NCBI RefSeq assembly: GCF_000143415.4
Contig: NW_003314294.1
Coordinates: forward strand, 1,606,770-1,670,769
Source: Selaginella moellendorffii
Lineage: Eukaryota; Plantae; Lycopodiophyta
Length of the DNA stretch: 64,000 bases
Reading direction: 5' to 3'
Shown in pieces: positions 14,492 through 28,162 of the stretch. The translations under genes were made by a program, and so were the position numbers. The notes beneath the pieces are model-generated. The model did not search any database. It saw only the letters and a program-made list of their open reading frames with translations, and was not told where the DNA came from. Within the stretch, counting starts at the first letter, position 1. The number at the start of each line of letters is the position of its first letter.

Positions 14492-14855
14492 TGTCACAAA
14501 TGTGATTGTAGATATCAAAAATTATTTGTTAGCAAATCTTTTTAAATATTCTTTCTTTATTGCTATGATGGCAGGAGGATGATATTATTAAACCCTTTTC
14601 TAGTTTCCACCCAAATTAGTTGAAAAATTAGTTTTCGTGTGTGCATTTGGCTAAAAGAGCATAAGGATAGAATTCCTAAGTGTTATTAGTCAAGCATACT
14701 TAACCTGGTTAGAGAAATTCATTCGTTAACTTGCACTTGCTAGTGTTAAAAACCCCCATAATATCAAGTTTAGTCCCTCAATATTCACTAAGTGATAAAG
14801 TTACCGTGTCAACCAAAACACTTTTGTTATCATGCCCTTTGTGTTGGTCATAGTC
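14492..14855. repeat. Diverged LTR fragment homologous to the solo LTR at 8285-9206
   Basis: TGTCACAAATGTGATT... aligns by eye to 8285-8645 (shared GAGCATAAGGA, CTTGCACTTGCTAGT, TAGTCCCTCAATAT, TTACCGTGTC, TTTGTGTTGGTC). Right end uncertain. Confidence 0.7.
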
Positions 14856-15019
14856 TGAGACTTGTGTAAACGAAACACACTAAAATTTAGGGATTCTAGA
14901 TTTGGGGGGTCGAGTTCTTTTGATTAGGGCAAGGTGGTCTGCTTGCGGCTTGTGACTTGAGAAATTTAACTCACTGAACAGAAATCAATTCTTCTTCTTG
15001 TGCATACATTAATTATATC

Positions 15020-18000
15020 AGAAGCCATTACAAGATATGCGGATGCTCTTCCAGCCAAAACCACCTAGAACTCCACTCCTCTAGCTGCCTTAGTTTCACT
15101 TGCTCTTTCAAAATGGCGTAATGAAGACGCACTGCTGTAAGAGTGAGTCTCCACCATGATGCTACCACCTTTAATATCCTCGCTTGTTGCGCATCAAAGT
15201 GACAATGGTTCCAGGCCTCCCAAAGTGCTTGCACTCCTGTCACTCTCCAAATGGACCAGCACTCATAGCCCATCACCTCCCAGAATGACATCCTAACTTC
15301 AGCCCCTATCACATCCCACCGGACTCACATGTTTCATCCGTATCATCTGCGATAGCAAATACATCTCTAAGTTGGACCAATGGCTGGGCCTCTAACTCCC
15401 TCAAACTAGTGGAGGATATCCCCACTCCGAGCCTCAAACTCTAGGATGTCTCCTAGTTCCTATGTTGCCTTGAAGATCTGTCACCATACCTTTCTTGCCA
15501 TGTCATATTCCCATAGTGCATGTCACACTATCTCTAGCTTGCCACACTCCTTGCATCGTCGGCATACTTCCTCCTGGAACCACTATCCTATTAGTAGCCC
15601 GTTATTTGCCACCAACCAAGAGGTGGCCTTTATACTAGTAATTTCTAGAATGCAAGCGTGTTGTCCACCACCAAACAGTGGCAACAACAGCTCATCGAAG
15701 ATTTGGATTGGGACCCAACAGCATGAAAATGAGGAGGAAGGAGCTTCTTCTCGTTTGAAGTCAAGGAAACACAAGATGGTCTCTTGACCAGTAGGGAGGA
15801 GGCCCAAGGGGAGATCCCCAAGCTCTAGAAGAAATGGATTGTGCAAGGAGTCGAAGCAAACCTAAGAATGCCATCCCCCTCTAGTGCAGCCATCGAGTGA
15901 ACCACCACCAACTGCTTCAGAGCCTGTCATACTACTCAAATCCTGCCTTTGACTTCATCATCCATCACCATCGGCATGACCTTTTCATCTCCTACTGGCA
16001 GCAGCATATCACCTCTCATAACCCAAAAAGGATGCCCGACATTCTGTTTGGGAGACACAACAAACCACACCTCCACATCGCCATCCTCCTAAGCTGGTGC
16101 TGGGGCTGTAAATGCCCATGTCTAGGCCCCCAAGCTGACATGTTCCTTGTCTAGCTCCACATCCTATTGTAGAGCCACAAAGTCTCCAGGTTTTTCAAGA
16201 TAGCACCTAGGCCAGAGCTGCCCCTTCTTTGCCTCACTCACCACTTTGATAATGCAAAGAAGATTGAGGTGGACTTTCCTCCACCATCCTGGGTTAAAGA
16301 CCTGCATATGCCTTGTAGTCTTCCTCCTATCCTTGTCTAGAACTCCCACCAGTTGCTTGAGAGTTTGGAAGCCTTCACCATGCAGCTTTCTCTAGATTGT
16401 GTAGTGATCTTCCTTGCCTAACATCTTGTCATCCACTTTGAAGAGGTCATTGAAGAACAAGGGCTGGTTCAACTAGCCCTCTATTCGCCTTGGCATTTCC
16501 CTACTAACTAGAAGTTTGCTCCACAGCCTAAGAATCCTTTGAACCAATGTGCCACCCTTGACTACTTGCTTTGGCCCTTTAGCAAAAAGCCAATGTGGAA
16601 CCTCATCCCACGGTCTTGCAGTGTTGTGCCTAAGCCAAATTGCTAACAAACTCTGCTTGAACATGAGTCTCCAAGGTTGGTTACCTGGTTGAAGGCCCAT
16701 AAAGAGGATTTTGTACTATAGCGCCTTCGCCATGTCACTCGAATCAATAACTCCAAGTCCTCCTAAGACTTGTGGATGTGCTGTGGATTGCCATGCGACC
16801 TTGGCCATGATCCTCCCTATGACAAGGGCACCCCCCACCACACATACTTACATACCATCATGCGTACCTTTCTGAGAGTGTGTTCAAGGACAAGCCAAAT
16901 CAAGAGATGGTACCAAATGCTGGGCAAGATGATGCTCTTGGTTACAACCACTCTCATAGGCAGATTGGGTTTCTGAGGAGCCCACTTCTGGATTGATGTT
17001 CATATCCTTCAGAGCAAGGTGTCATCTTGAAGTGTTGCACTAAACCGGGTACCAACCTAAATCCCCAAGTACTTGGTGTCCTTTCCTTGTTTGAGCCACT
17101 AGAAGTTGATGTCTTGACCCCAGGACTCAATGCCTGGCTGCCCCTAGTTTATGCCCACTGATTTGTTCTAGTTAATTGCTGAGCCAGCTGCAAGGTTGAA
17201 AACCTCAAACGCCTTCTTAGCTATGTCCAGGTTCTCCTTGGTCACAAGTAGGAACAAGGCCATAACATCTACAAATGCTCCATCTAGGAGTTCCCGAGTC
17301 ACCCTTGCCATTCCTGGAAGTTGCCATCTTGATGCTGGCAAGGTGAGTCCTTTGATGCACCCACCTTCCGCCAGAAATGTGCCCAAGGCCTCAGCCACAA
17401 TCAGAAAGTGATAGGGCACTAGTGGACACCTTGGCATCCCAGCTGAAAACTCGGTCCTATCTCGCCATTGATTGTGACTCTGCTTGCAGCTCCATGGTAC
17501 AGTAACGAGATCCTAGCAACCATCTCTCTTGGGATGCCTATCATATGCATACACTCCTCCAGGAACCTCCAATCCACACAATTGTAGGCCTTCTTAAAGT
17601 CCAATAGCCATGTTGCAATTTGTATGTTGGAGATCTCTGCCCATCTCTGAGCCAGTAGGTATGTCTAGATATTTTCTGCAATTTGCCACTCTAGAACAAA
17701 ACTTGTTTGTTGTTCCTAGATGATCAGTGGCATAACAGCTTAGAGCTTGAGGGTCATTGCTTTGGCATAGACTTTGTAGGACGTGTTGAGCATGGTGATC
17801 AGCTTCCAGTTCCTCAACTCCTGCAAGTCCCCCCTCTTTGGGATAAGTGTAATCTAGCCCTCAAGAATCTCGCAAGGCAATGCCTTGTCATGTTGAGCAT
17901 CCCACCACGCTTGCAGCAGCAATAGGTCTAAAGTCTCCCAATGCTTCTCAAAGAAAATGGATAAGAGGCCATCAATACCTGGCTGCTTGTCATTGCTAAG

Positions 18001-18995
18001 CTTCCCAAGTGCTTCCCGAAGCTCCTCCAATATAAAGTCCATCCTTAGTGAGTTGAACCATTTGTGAGGGACATGCTAGGGAAGGGACGCAAGTACTTCC
18101 ACTACCGCATTTTCCCTTTTTGGACTCCACTGCTGGGCCATGTATAGTGTTTAATAGAATTCCTGGGCTAGCTATTACATCCCTTGTTGATCCTTGATGA
18201 CCCTCCCATCGTTGTGCTTCAGTCCCAGGATGGGAGGAGAGTCAATCACTGGCCTAATTCCCCTATAGAAAGCCTTGTTGAAAAGGCATTCATTTAGGGC
18301 CCATCCAACTTCCATGGCTTGGACGCCTTTGTTCCATACTACATACTCCATGTCACATAGCTCAACTTCCTGTTCATCTAGTACTATTTGCCACTTGTTC
18401 TCATTTTGTTTGGTCAGCAACATCCTATATGCCGCTGCCACTTTTTGCTTAGCCAGTCTCATGTCCTTCATCACTACTCTTTTGAGATCCTTTTGGTACA
18501 CCTGAATCTTCTTGGAGCAAGACAAGAGCATTGGGATAAGTCCCATCTTGTGCTGCATGAGGGTGTCATGTATTAGTCCAATTGCCACCGAGTCTCACAG
18601 CATTGCTCTCGTGATAGATCACAGGACTGCTGTCCCTTTGTTTCTTTGAAGCTTGATCATGCAATGGAGGGGTCGTGATCTGAGAAGGAGGTGAAACCGA
18701 GCAACATTTTAAGGCTTCCACCATCCTACCATATGCGAGTTGAGGCATAAATATGGTCCAGTCTCAACTAGAAGGTCACTGTCTATTGTCTCATAAAAGG
18801 GTGGGCATGAGGTGCAAACCCTGCTGCATGTTGGACATCCATGATCCCCAGTACATCCATGAGCTAACTCCACTACTCCCGCTCATGTGGCTCAAGTGTT
18901 TCCTGCATTCCCCTGCAATCGCAAATGTCCTACACCATGCTAAAGTCTCCTAGGACTAGCCATTCATCTGCTTGCCCCTAGGCAGATTGCAACAT
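15020..18995 (-). mobile_element. Degenerate non-LTR retrotransposon (L1/Tx1-type LINE ORF2), 5' part cut by an LTR
   Basis: LGKLSNDKQPGIDGL; LDFKKAYNCVDWRFL; xGCPLVPYHFLIVAEAL; KYLG motif near 17070; C-terminal zf-RVT-like CRRC...H near 15520-15565. Many stops. Confidence 0.88.
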
Positions 18996-18998
18996 GCT

Positions 18999-20217
18999 TG
19001 TGAGACACAAATCCCATAGCCCCAAAAGTGGAGCTGAAAGAGTGCCATGTGGTAGTGGCTGAAGTGGAAGCCAACCGAGAGTAACATGTTTGGACTAAAA
19101 ACCTCTGACTCGAAAAGTCGAGAGTGGGAGTGGAATTCCCAACAAAGGACCTGAGATGGAGTCCGAGGTGAAGTCCGAGGTGGAGTTTGAGATGGACCCA
19201 AGACAGACCCAAGATGGAGTCCAAGCTAGACCTAAGATGGACCAGAAAGGATGGATTCTGAGATGGACCCGAGATGGAGCCTGAGATGGACCCAACATGG
19301 AGTCCGAGATGGACCCAACATGGAGTTTGAGATGGACCCGACATGGAGTCCGAGATGGACCCAAGATGGAGTTCAACATGGAGTTCAAGATGGAACCGAG
19401 ACCGAGACCGAGATTGAGACCGAGTCCGAGTCTGAGTTTGAGATTGAGACCGGGTCTGAGTCTGAGTTTGAGATTGAGACCGAGTCCAAGTCTGAGTTTG
19501 AGATCAAGACCAAGACCGAGACTGAGTCCGAGTCTGAGTTTGAGACTGAGACCGAGACTAAGTCCGAGTCTGAGACTGAGTCCGAGTCCAAATTTGAGTC
19601 CAAGTCCAAATACTAATACAGGTTGTTAGGTGAAAGTCCAAAGCAATCATCCCCCAAGGGGGGGCGGGGGGTCTACAAGGAGTTCCAAAAGGGTAGTAGA
19701 GAGAGTGTGGGGGTTGGACCCTAGTGGAGCCAGTTTGGTTCAAGAAGGCTATACCCAAGTGTTGGGTGATGAGATAACCATTGGGAAGTCCAAGGCTAAA
19801 GTGAATACAGACTAACAAACATGGTAGTTTGGTGAAGTATTCAAGAGCTGCCTCTAGTTTTCCTGGGAGATCGAATAATCGATGCTCCTAGTCTAAGTGT
19901 GGGTGGCACTACCTACTTGGATACCTAGTGTGGCTCAACAAAACTTTGCTCTAGCCCCATGGCTAGAGCACCTAAAGGTGGAAAGTGGGAAGAGTACCCA
20001 GGAGGCCCGTGTAGGGCCACGGTGTTCCGAAATGCTATCCCAGAGTCCCAAATGGTGGAAAGGAAGAGAAACAATCCTCTAGTGTAGTGACCAAGGATGC
20101 AGTCACATGGTGAGGAAGTCTTAGAGAACAAGGGGACTTAGTGGTCAGACTTGTGGGCCTTGATCCAATGGCAATGTTAATGAACACAACCATGAACAGA
20201 AAGGGACTTAATGGGGA
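18999..20217 (+). repeat. Truncated copy of the minisatellite LTR (more diverged variant)
   Basis: Starts TGTGAGACAC; GAGATGGAGTCC/GAGTCT arrays; homology stops near 20217, where Gypsy pol sequence begins. Confidence 0.85.
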
Positions 20218-23200
20218 TTGATCATCATATAGCTCACTACCATCCAACACATTCTGCAATCGGCAGATCCAAGACTCCTCCTTCTGAGCAGCCACTACCT
20301 GCTCATGGCTGGACAACACATGCTCTGGAAGTGGGAGAGGCAAACCCTCCACTGGTGCCACCACCAATGGTGCACGAGATAAAGTATCCACATCAGCCAT
20401 ACTATATCCAAGACGATGTACCATAGTGAATCGGTAGTCTTGAAGTGCCAAAGCCCATCTAGCTAGCCAACCTTGTAGATTCTTACACTTAAGAATTGAT
20501 GTGACAGCAGTATGATCAGTCTTGAGCAACGCATTAGATCCATAAAGATATGCATGAAACTTTGAAAAGGCCCATACAACAGCTAAACATTCCTTATCTG
20601 TCGTAGAATAGTTCTTCTCCACATCAGTGAGAGAACGACTAACATAAGCAATAGGATACCGTTTGTTGGAGCCATCATCAGATTCTTGTATAAGATCAGC
20701 ACCAAGACCCACATTAGAAGCATCCGTACGAAGGATAAACCTTTGAGAAAGATCAAGATACTGCAAAATTGGTGCAGAAGTCAAGAGCTTCTTAAGCTCC
20801 TCAGAAGCCTTCTAGCATTGTCAAAATCAAACATAGTTTACATCTTTCTGAAGAAGATCACGCAAAGGAGCAGAAATTTGGGAAAACCGTGGTACAAAAC
20901 GAGCCAAGTACGTAGCCTTTCCCAAAAACTGATGCAACTCAGCAACACTCTGAGGGGCTGGAAACTCATCTACAGCCCGTGTCTTCTCAGGATCTGGTCG
21001 TACCCCATCTCAAGAAATCACAAAACCCAAATACTTCAATGACTCCTGTCCAAATTTGCACTTTGGATGTTTGAGCTTGAGAAAATGCTTTTCAAGCCGA
21101 TGGAGTACTTTGTCCACTTAAATGATCTTCCCACGTGCTATCAGTATGGATCAATAAATCATCAAGATAAGCACAAGAAAAATCGTCAAACCCCTCAAGC
21201 ATCTCATCCATCATATATTGAAACGTGGCTGGAGCCCCCATCAACCCAAATGGCATCACTGTGAATTCATATAAACCTTTTGGTGTTTGAAATGCAGTTT
21301 TCGCAGCATCAGCCAAGTCCATAGGTATTTGCCAATACCCAGATGCCAAATCCAAGATAGTAAAATATCAACTTTTGCCAAGAGCATCCAGCAAAACATC
21401 AACCCGAGGTAAAGGGTAGGAATCAGCAACCGTAACATCATTGAGAAGATGATAGTCGATCGTAAAACATTTTGTCCCATCAGGTTTAGGAACAAGATGT
21501 GGCTCTGCAGCCCATGGACTACGTGACTTCCAAATGACTCTTAAGTCTAGCATTTCTGCTACACACTTGTTCATCATGTCCTTTTCTTGAGGGGACTGGC
21601 GACAAAGACCCATCTTAATAGGACGTGCATTGCCAGTGGGAATACTACGTCAAGTATGCATCGTGGACTTAGTCTGATTAATAGGACCAAACAACTATAG
21701 GAAGTGTGCAAGGAGCTTGTCAACATCTCATGCCCAATCTTTAGCAAAAGGACCAGATGGCAAAGGGGGAATATTTTCAAAACAGCCATGGAACATCGCT
21801 GAACACGATCCATAGCCATAAGACTAGAGTACCAAGGAATTGTCAATAGACGCATATCAAAATCACAACAAACCCCAGCAGCCCATAGCCAATTGATGCC
21901 CAAAATAATATCATAGACTTGGCTTAGCATCACACGCAACGGAAGGGTGTGTTGATACTCTCCAAGTGTCAAAAGCACATATGCCATACATGAGATTTGA
22001 GCTGATGAATTCTGATTTGCAAACACCACTCGCAAAGGTTGAGTACAAGCAACCTCCTGTAATGCCAAATGTCAAATAACTGAACATCGAATGGAGGAAA
22101 TAGCTGAGCCAGAGTCTACCAAAACCGTCACATTGGTGCCATTTACGACACCAGCGAAAACAAACATAAACCGTTCATCCTCCATCAATTCCATACTACA
22201 TGCCGTGAAAGAGAGTGGAGGAGGGATAACAGGAGAATGTCTGTTATCCGCAATCATCAGAGGAGAAGAACTAGATGTGTATAAACCCTCTAAAACTTTA
22301 GACACATCAATTAGTTTTCTTGCTGTTCAACAAGGAACAATTCCACATCCTCATCACGAAGTGCCACTACAACTTCATGGTGATTTCCACAATTAGCAGC
22401 AATGTGTCCCTAACATTGGCACTCAAAACTCCATGGCTTGTGACCACGCCTGTGATGCGCTCCTCGGTGCACTCCTCCACGTCCCCATCCACGAGTGGGA
22501 CCTCCGTGATAGCCACGACTACTGTGCTCCTGTGTTGCAGAAGTAGTGGGAGGATCCACGTCCATCAATGTGGAGGACTTGCCAAGTGAAGACTGAAGAA
22601 AGGAAGAACTGCCACGTGGAACTTGTATCACAAGTCCCATCTCCTCCACACTTTGGGCAATCACAATTGCATCAACAAGAGTTTGAGGATGATGCCCACG
22701 AACAAATGCTGCACTTGGGCCGCAAAAAAAAAGAAGAGGCCCAATTTGATTGACTCAGACATGTTGGGATCCACTCGAGCCAGTAAGTTCTTCATACGCC
22801 CTCCAAAGTGTGCAACATTCTCCCCTCGTTGACAGTGTAACTTAAGGGCATCATCAAGGGATGCCACATCATCCACATGACGTCCAAAAGCCTGCTAAAA
22901 AACATGCAATACCAGATCAATTGTCACCTTTGAAGTAGCACTCAAGTTCACAAACCAAAGTGTGGCATCTCCGTGCATGCATGGTGAAAACTCCCTCAGC
23001 TTATCTGCATCATCCCAACTATGGTATGTGGCAACCATCCCAAAATGCTCTATCCACGAATGAGCATCCTCCATAGGCAACCCAGAAGACAGTGTTGGTC
23101 ACAACCGTGGGTTATACCCTCCAGACATACGTTGGGGCACTTGATTTGCCGCCAAGTGCTGCAACAACTGTTGCATCCCCGCTTGACTTTGAGCCAGCTA

Positions 23201-23303
23201 CGCAAATGCAAGAGCTAGCTGCTGCTCAAAGCTATTAGGACCCGGGCCATCACCTGCCATATAAAAAAGATCACCTACACACTAGATCATCAAAAATATG
23301 CTA

Positions 23304-23319
23304 CCTAGCATCTCCACCA
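23304..23319 (-). promoter_or_regulatory. Primer-binding site, tRNA-Ala-like (TGGTGGAGATGCTAGG)
   Basis: Lies 1 nt after the LTR end (...TTTCA on minus); complementary to a ...GCATCTCCACCA tRNA-Ala-type 3' end. Confidence 0.7.
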
Positions 23320-23320
23320 A

Positions 23321-23453
23321 TGAAAGAATCCTAGGTAGATGATACTTTAGGATTACTTGAGACCATACTTATACAAGATCAATAAGCCTTATTACAGCTA
23401 ATATGGTTTGTATCTACATGGTATATACTAATACCATATGTAGATACCTCACA
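23321..23453 (-). repeat. Short (~133-bp) LTR with an internal hairpin
   Basis: TG...CA termini next to the PBS; GTATCTACATGGTAT and ATACCATATGTAGATAC form an inverted pair (~23410-23447). Partner LTR not in the window. Confidence 0.55.
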
Positions 23454-23499
23454 TGTCTAAGGTTTTTTTATTAGTGGATATGTTAAATAATTTTTCATC

Positions 23500-23820
23500 C
23501 ATAGTTGCCTTCTTACCAATGGCCCAAGACTATATGCTATTCACGGTTGCAGCTACTTTATTGCCAGTGGCCCAAGGCCACATGCCATCAACAGTTTCAA
23601 TTGCCTTGCTACAAATGGTCTAGCATCACATGCCATCTATGGTTTTAACTGATTACTTGCTAATGTAACATGTCATTCATGGTTCCAACTGCTTTGTTAC
23701 CAATGGCTTGGAGCATCACACTTTTCATAGTTCAAGCTGTTTTGTTGCCAATGGCATGGGGCAACATGTTATCAATAATTTTACTGAAGCTAACTGCTTT
23801 ATTACCAATAGCTTAGGGTG
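23500..23820. repeat. Degenerate 48-bp tandem array; each unit carries a variant of the 22-bp ATGGC...GCCAT palindrome
   Basis: Motif starts at 23519, 23567, 23615, 23663 (partial), 23703, 23751 and 23808 (partial), e.g. GTGGCCCAAGGCCACATGCCAT. Confidence 0.75.
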
Positions 23821-25099
23821 GATTTGGGTGCCATTAAGAATCTTTATTTCTCTATTGTTATGGGGGAGTTCTTTTAGTCCCTTGAGAGTGAAAAGTTTTC
23901 TTTTGACTTTCCTATATCAAGTGTTGATCTTAGTGTTGAGGAGGTTAGGTGTATGGAGATTTTGGTTCCTACCACTTTGGGCAAAGGTTTCAGCACAACA
24001 TATTGTGATATTTAACTTTTTTAGTTTACATTTTCTTTTTTCTTTCCCTATTTCCACTTTTTTTACTAATATTTCCTCTTCTCTTACTTCTTTATCCACT
24101 TTTTTTTTCTCTAGATTGTTTTTTCCTCAAATTTTCTTCTTTTCTCCTCTTTTCCTAGATACTTTAAACTTTTGTTTCTTTAGAGGAAGGGAAGAGGGGA
24201 TGGACAAAAGTCCAACTTGAATGATCCGGAGTGAAGCCAAGTAGATATGGTAGTGGAGCAAGGATAAATAACATCAATTATAGAGTGAGGACGAGGACAG
24301 TGAGTCTAAACGGAATGTCTGGCCCTAATGGAGTTAGGTTGAGCAGGTACGATAGTGGAGTGAGGCTGAACTTAGATGGTAGAGTGAGGATATATGTAGT
24401 GAGTTTGAATAGAGCCAATGCTTCATAACCTTTTTTTCTATTGACCTTTTTTTCTATTAAGGAGCAGATAAGGAGGATATAAAAGACAAACAAAGTGAGT
24501 TTGACCTCATATATGTGATGTTGGATGAGGATAAAGGTCTTGAGATTTAATTAACTATGGTGTTGGAGGCTAACCAAAGAGAAGACGCAAAGATGGGTTT
24601 TCCAATAGTCTTAGAGGCTGTCCAAAAGAAAGACATGTGTTCTTGGTTTGATGCTGCTATATGGGAGTTTACAATTCCTTCATTAGCATTTTATATTTGT
24701 TTAGGAGTTTTGCCATGGCTTTGGGTATTTGTTGTGTCATAGCTATGGACAATTCTATTATATCATTTGGTGGTTCCTTAAAAGCTTCGAGTTATTGTGT
24801 TGGTGTTCAACAGCTCAACCGAAAGTTTAAATGTTCCACCAAATTTACAACTTTAAATTCTTCCTTGAGTTTGTTGCAAATCCTCATTCTACTTCCCGTG
24901 AGTGGGAGCAGCTCTTCCCATTTGTCCCAAACGATGGATTGCTTTGCATGCAAGTGCAAGAGAACTGACTGGAAGAAGAAGATGTGCAGAAGCAAATGAT
25001 GGACAAGGATTACTCAAAAGGATAATCATATATAACATCATAGCTATATATACATGATCCAAGAGACACACCTCTAGCCTACACCTGGATTAGTGAAGT

Positions 25100-25400
25100 G
25101 GCACTACTGCCACCTAGGATCATGTCATAGAGAGCGTATACCTCAACACCGACAAGAGCTTCTCAGTCGTGTTTCCGACCATTGATTTTGTCCCGTACTA
25201 TATCACTCCAAGCATCAGCTCCTCCAGGAATTCTTCTGACTCCATCTTTGTCTTTACGGCTGTGCAATTCAAAGGAGTCCATGCAAAAGAGCATGAACCT
25301 GCTTTGTGAGACAAGCAATGGCCCTAAGCAGAGTAAGGTGACAGTGCTGTCATAGAAGAAATTGGCAATGTCAGACCTTGGAGGGTATGTGGAGTCTTTG
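25100..25400 (-). pseudogene. Fragment of a P-loop NTPase paralog (inverted relative of 29566-30510)
   Basis: Reverse complement of ~25270-25396 aligns closely by eye to 29943-30075 (STYPPRS.IA.FFYDS...GPLLVSQSRFMLFCMD). Left boundary approximate. Confidence 0.75.
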
Positions 25401-25678
25401 TTGGAATGCTTCGTGTAATTATAAACACAAGATCATTAAATAGTAATATTCTATAATATTCAAGTATATTTTAAGTATATCCATTACCACCCCAATTCCC
25501 TAGAAGTTTGTTTAAGTAAAAAAAACTATTAATTTTATTATTAATTGCTCAAAGATATGGAAATAAGTATAATATTTAGGGTTTAGACCCTGCTTATATA
25601 TATTGCTGGACTTTATTTAGTCTCAAATGGATGGTCCATATTTTATACTACTATAATTACTATATTATTTAAGTAGTG

Positions 25679-25679
<1 letters not shown>

Positions 25680-25733
<54 letters not shown>
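25680..25733. repeat. (TA)n microsatellite
   Basis: Perfect TA run of about 27 units. Confidence 0.95.
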
Positions 25734-25737
<4 letters not shown>

Positions 25738-28137
25738 CCTTACACTACAAAGATGAAATGATAATGATAATAAGCTAGGTGGAATATTTAGAGCTTTTGA
25801 AAAGTGATTATAAACTATTATAAAAACTTAAACTCCCACAAAACCACTAATATAATTGATAACAACTATGATTGGAATAAAATCAAAAGCTATATATAAA
25901 TATCAATTGATTATGAAATCATGATAAACCAGTTACAACTTTATATACAACACCAAATACTAAAACCAATATTAAAGCCATAACTTTTAATCAAACCAAT
26001 GGACTTCAAGAGAAAGCACCCTTGCAATAAATAATATATCTTGTCTTTAACTAGCTTTACTAGTTAACTTTTGAAACCATCACTAATTCAGATTCATGAC
26101 TATCACCAAAATTTACCTTTATATTTTCTTTTGAGTCATTCTCTTTAGTTACTAACAATCAATCACATTTCCTTGTAAATTCACACTCTTATGAACAGAA
26201 GCTAAGAGCCATAGCTCTCTTGAAAGCCTCACTTTCTTGATACCTTACCCCTTGGGTCAAGCCCAACTGAAGGTAAATTGGACCTGTTAAATGTTAATCT
26301 AAACATATGGTATGATTCCTTAACTAACTAACAAAGTTAAATTTGTGACTCTTCTAATACTAAATGTAAGTTCTTTAGTTAGAGTGCACTCTTCTTCATA
26401 AGCTTTTTCTCTTTATATTTTAACTCTTATAGATTATTTCTCAAGTCATCCTCTTTTGGTTGCTTACACTTTATTCCATCATTGGGGTTGAACTTTTATA
26501 TGTCCCTTTCACCCCCTTTGTTGAATTTTATTTTTTGAATTAAAAAAAGGAAAAAATGAAAAAATTTTAGGAAGAAACATTGTGGAAGAAAAAAAAGTGG
26601 ATAAAGAAGCATCAGAATAGGAATTTTCAGCAGATAATAAAGAAGAAATGGGGAAATAAAAAAAAATGTGCTCAAAGTTTGGAAAACACGGAATTTGCTT
26701 TTATAAAATACTTTAGCCACTATAAGATAAACAAATATTCACACTACTTAACCTCTTTAACACACAATTCAACATATAACTTAATGCCTGAAATGAGAAT
26801 ATTAATAATAAGTCAACACTCTAAAGAGTACACATAAACTCCTCAACAATAATAGTAAAATAAAAGCTCTCAAGAGGCACTTACAATTGGGGATATATAT
26901 TCAAATTAATAAAGTTTACACTTTCCAAAATACACATAAACTCCTTAATAGTAATAGTAAAATAAAAGTTCTTAGTGGCACTCATAATCATGGATATGTA
27001 CTCAACTTAAAATTTTAACAAAAATGACTTTACCTTTAGAACAGAGGAATATTCAACACCAAAATAGATCAAAGATTTTGCTAATGAAACAAAAGCAAAA
27101 TTTTCAACTTCACATACATACTCAACATCTAGATCAATATAAGGAGGACAGAAATTACTCCAACTCAACATCAAATTAAACATGAGAATTATAAAAATTA
27201 TAAGTGATTTATGTGTTATGAGAAAGAAATATTGTAGATGAAGAAGAAATACTAAGAATATAAGAAGGTGGGTCAAATTGAGAAATAATAAAAAGTTGAG
27301 AAAGATCAATAGGTTAAGAGAATAAATCAAATGGCAAATTGAAGAATTGACATCTACCATGTGAAATCTCCAACTCGTTTTCAAAGATATTTCATAATAA
27401 TTAAGCTCTTTATCACAATTTAAAATCCTCTCAAACTTATAAACATTGTCTTCCCATAAACTTGATCCTCAAACATTCTCTAAAATCTAGATTGCATTAT
27501 CCATAACTTTCCAATTGATGTCATGATCATATTTCACATCAATAGAAGATGATATAATACCAAAAACAAAAGACACAATGTAATCATGTTTCATAGAAGT
27601 TTGAGACAGCAATGACCAAAGATGGGTGCAATATTAATATAATTATGCCCTAGAACACCAAAAACTCAATTTAGTAAAGCAACATTAATAGCCTCAATTG
27701 ATATACTTCTTGATCAATGATGTGTGGTATGGCAAAAGAAGGGAATGTAACCAACGCCTGATCTTATATACTAAGTTAGTCCTCTTCATCCCCACCTTGG
27801 GCAAAGAACCTTTGCTTCAATGGTTTTTGACTATTAAAGATTGAGAAATAAGAACAGATTTGATAACTATAATCCTAGATCTTGAGAAAAGCTAATACAA
27901 ATCTAGATCTAAAAAGAATGAAGGAAAAATAAAAACATAATCCTAAACATTGAGCAAAGTATTGCCAAAATTTTTTACTTCTAAGATAAATTTCAAAGTT
28001 TTTGATCTCCACCAATGTTAGTGTTTAAGGTATGGAAATAGGTATATTAATTAAGGTTTAAACCCCAATATATTCAATCTTAAATGGACGGTCTATATAC
28101 TATACTACTATAATTAATGTATTACTTAGTTGTGGTA

Positions 28138-28162
28138 TGTGTGTGTGTGTGTGTGTGTGTGT
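28138..28162. repeat. (TG)n microsatellite
   Basis: Perfect TG run of about 12 units. Confidence 0.95.

Larger units (their letters stand above)
20218..23453 (-). mobile_element. 3'-truncated Ty3/Gypsy element: short LTR, tRNA-Ala PBS, gag, protease, RT, RNase H
   Basis: RNase H FILRTDASNVGLGA...YSTTDKECLAVVWA...KTDH; RT SPWAAEPHLVPKPDG, DLASGYWQI, MPFGLMGAPATFQ, YLDD; protease VLVDSGS; gag MHGDATLWF. Confidence 0.9.

Noticed and set aside
20035-20784. 249-aa ORF running from RNase H into LTR sequence as a novel fusion
   Set aside because: Chance read-through across the Gypsy/LTR junction near 20217; the tail is ordinary LTR sequence.
23500-23820. Possible CRISPR array (regularly spaced palindromic repeats)
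   Set aside because: The spacers are homologous to one another, the repeats are degenerate, no cas genes are present and the context is eukaryotic. The palindromes in 41650-54769 are irregularly spaced.
25743-25752. CACTACAA as a CACTA transposon terminus
   Set aside because: It overlaps the CCTTACA end of an LTR-like repeat; no matching TTGTAGTG end with a 3-bp TSD was found.
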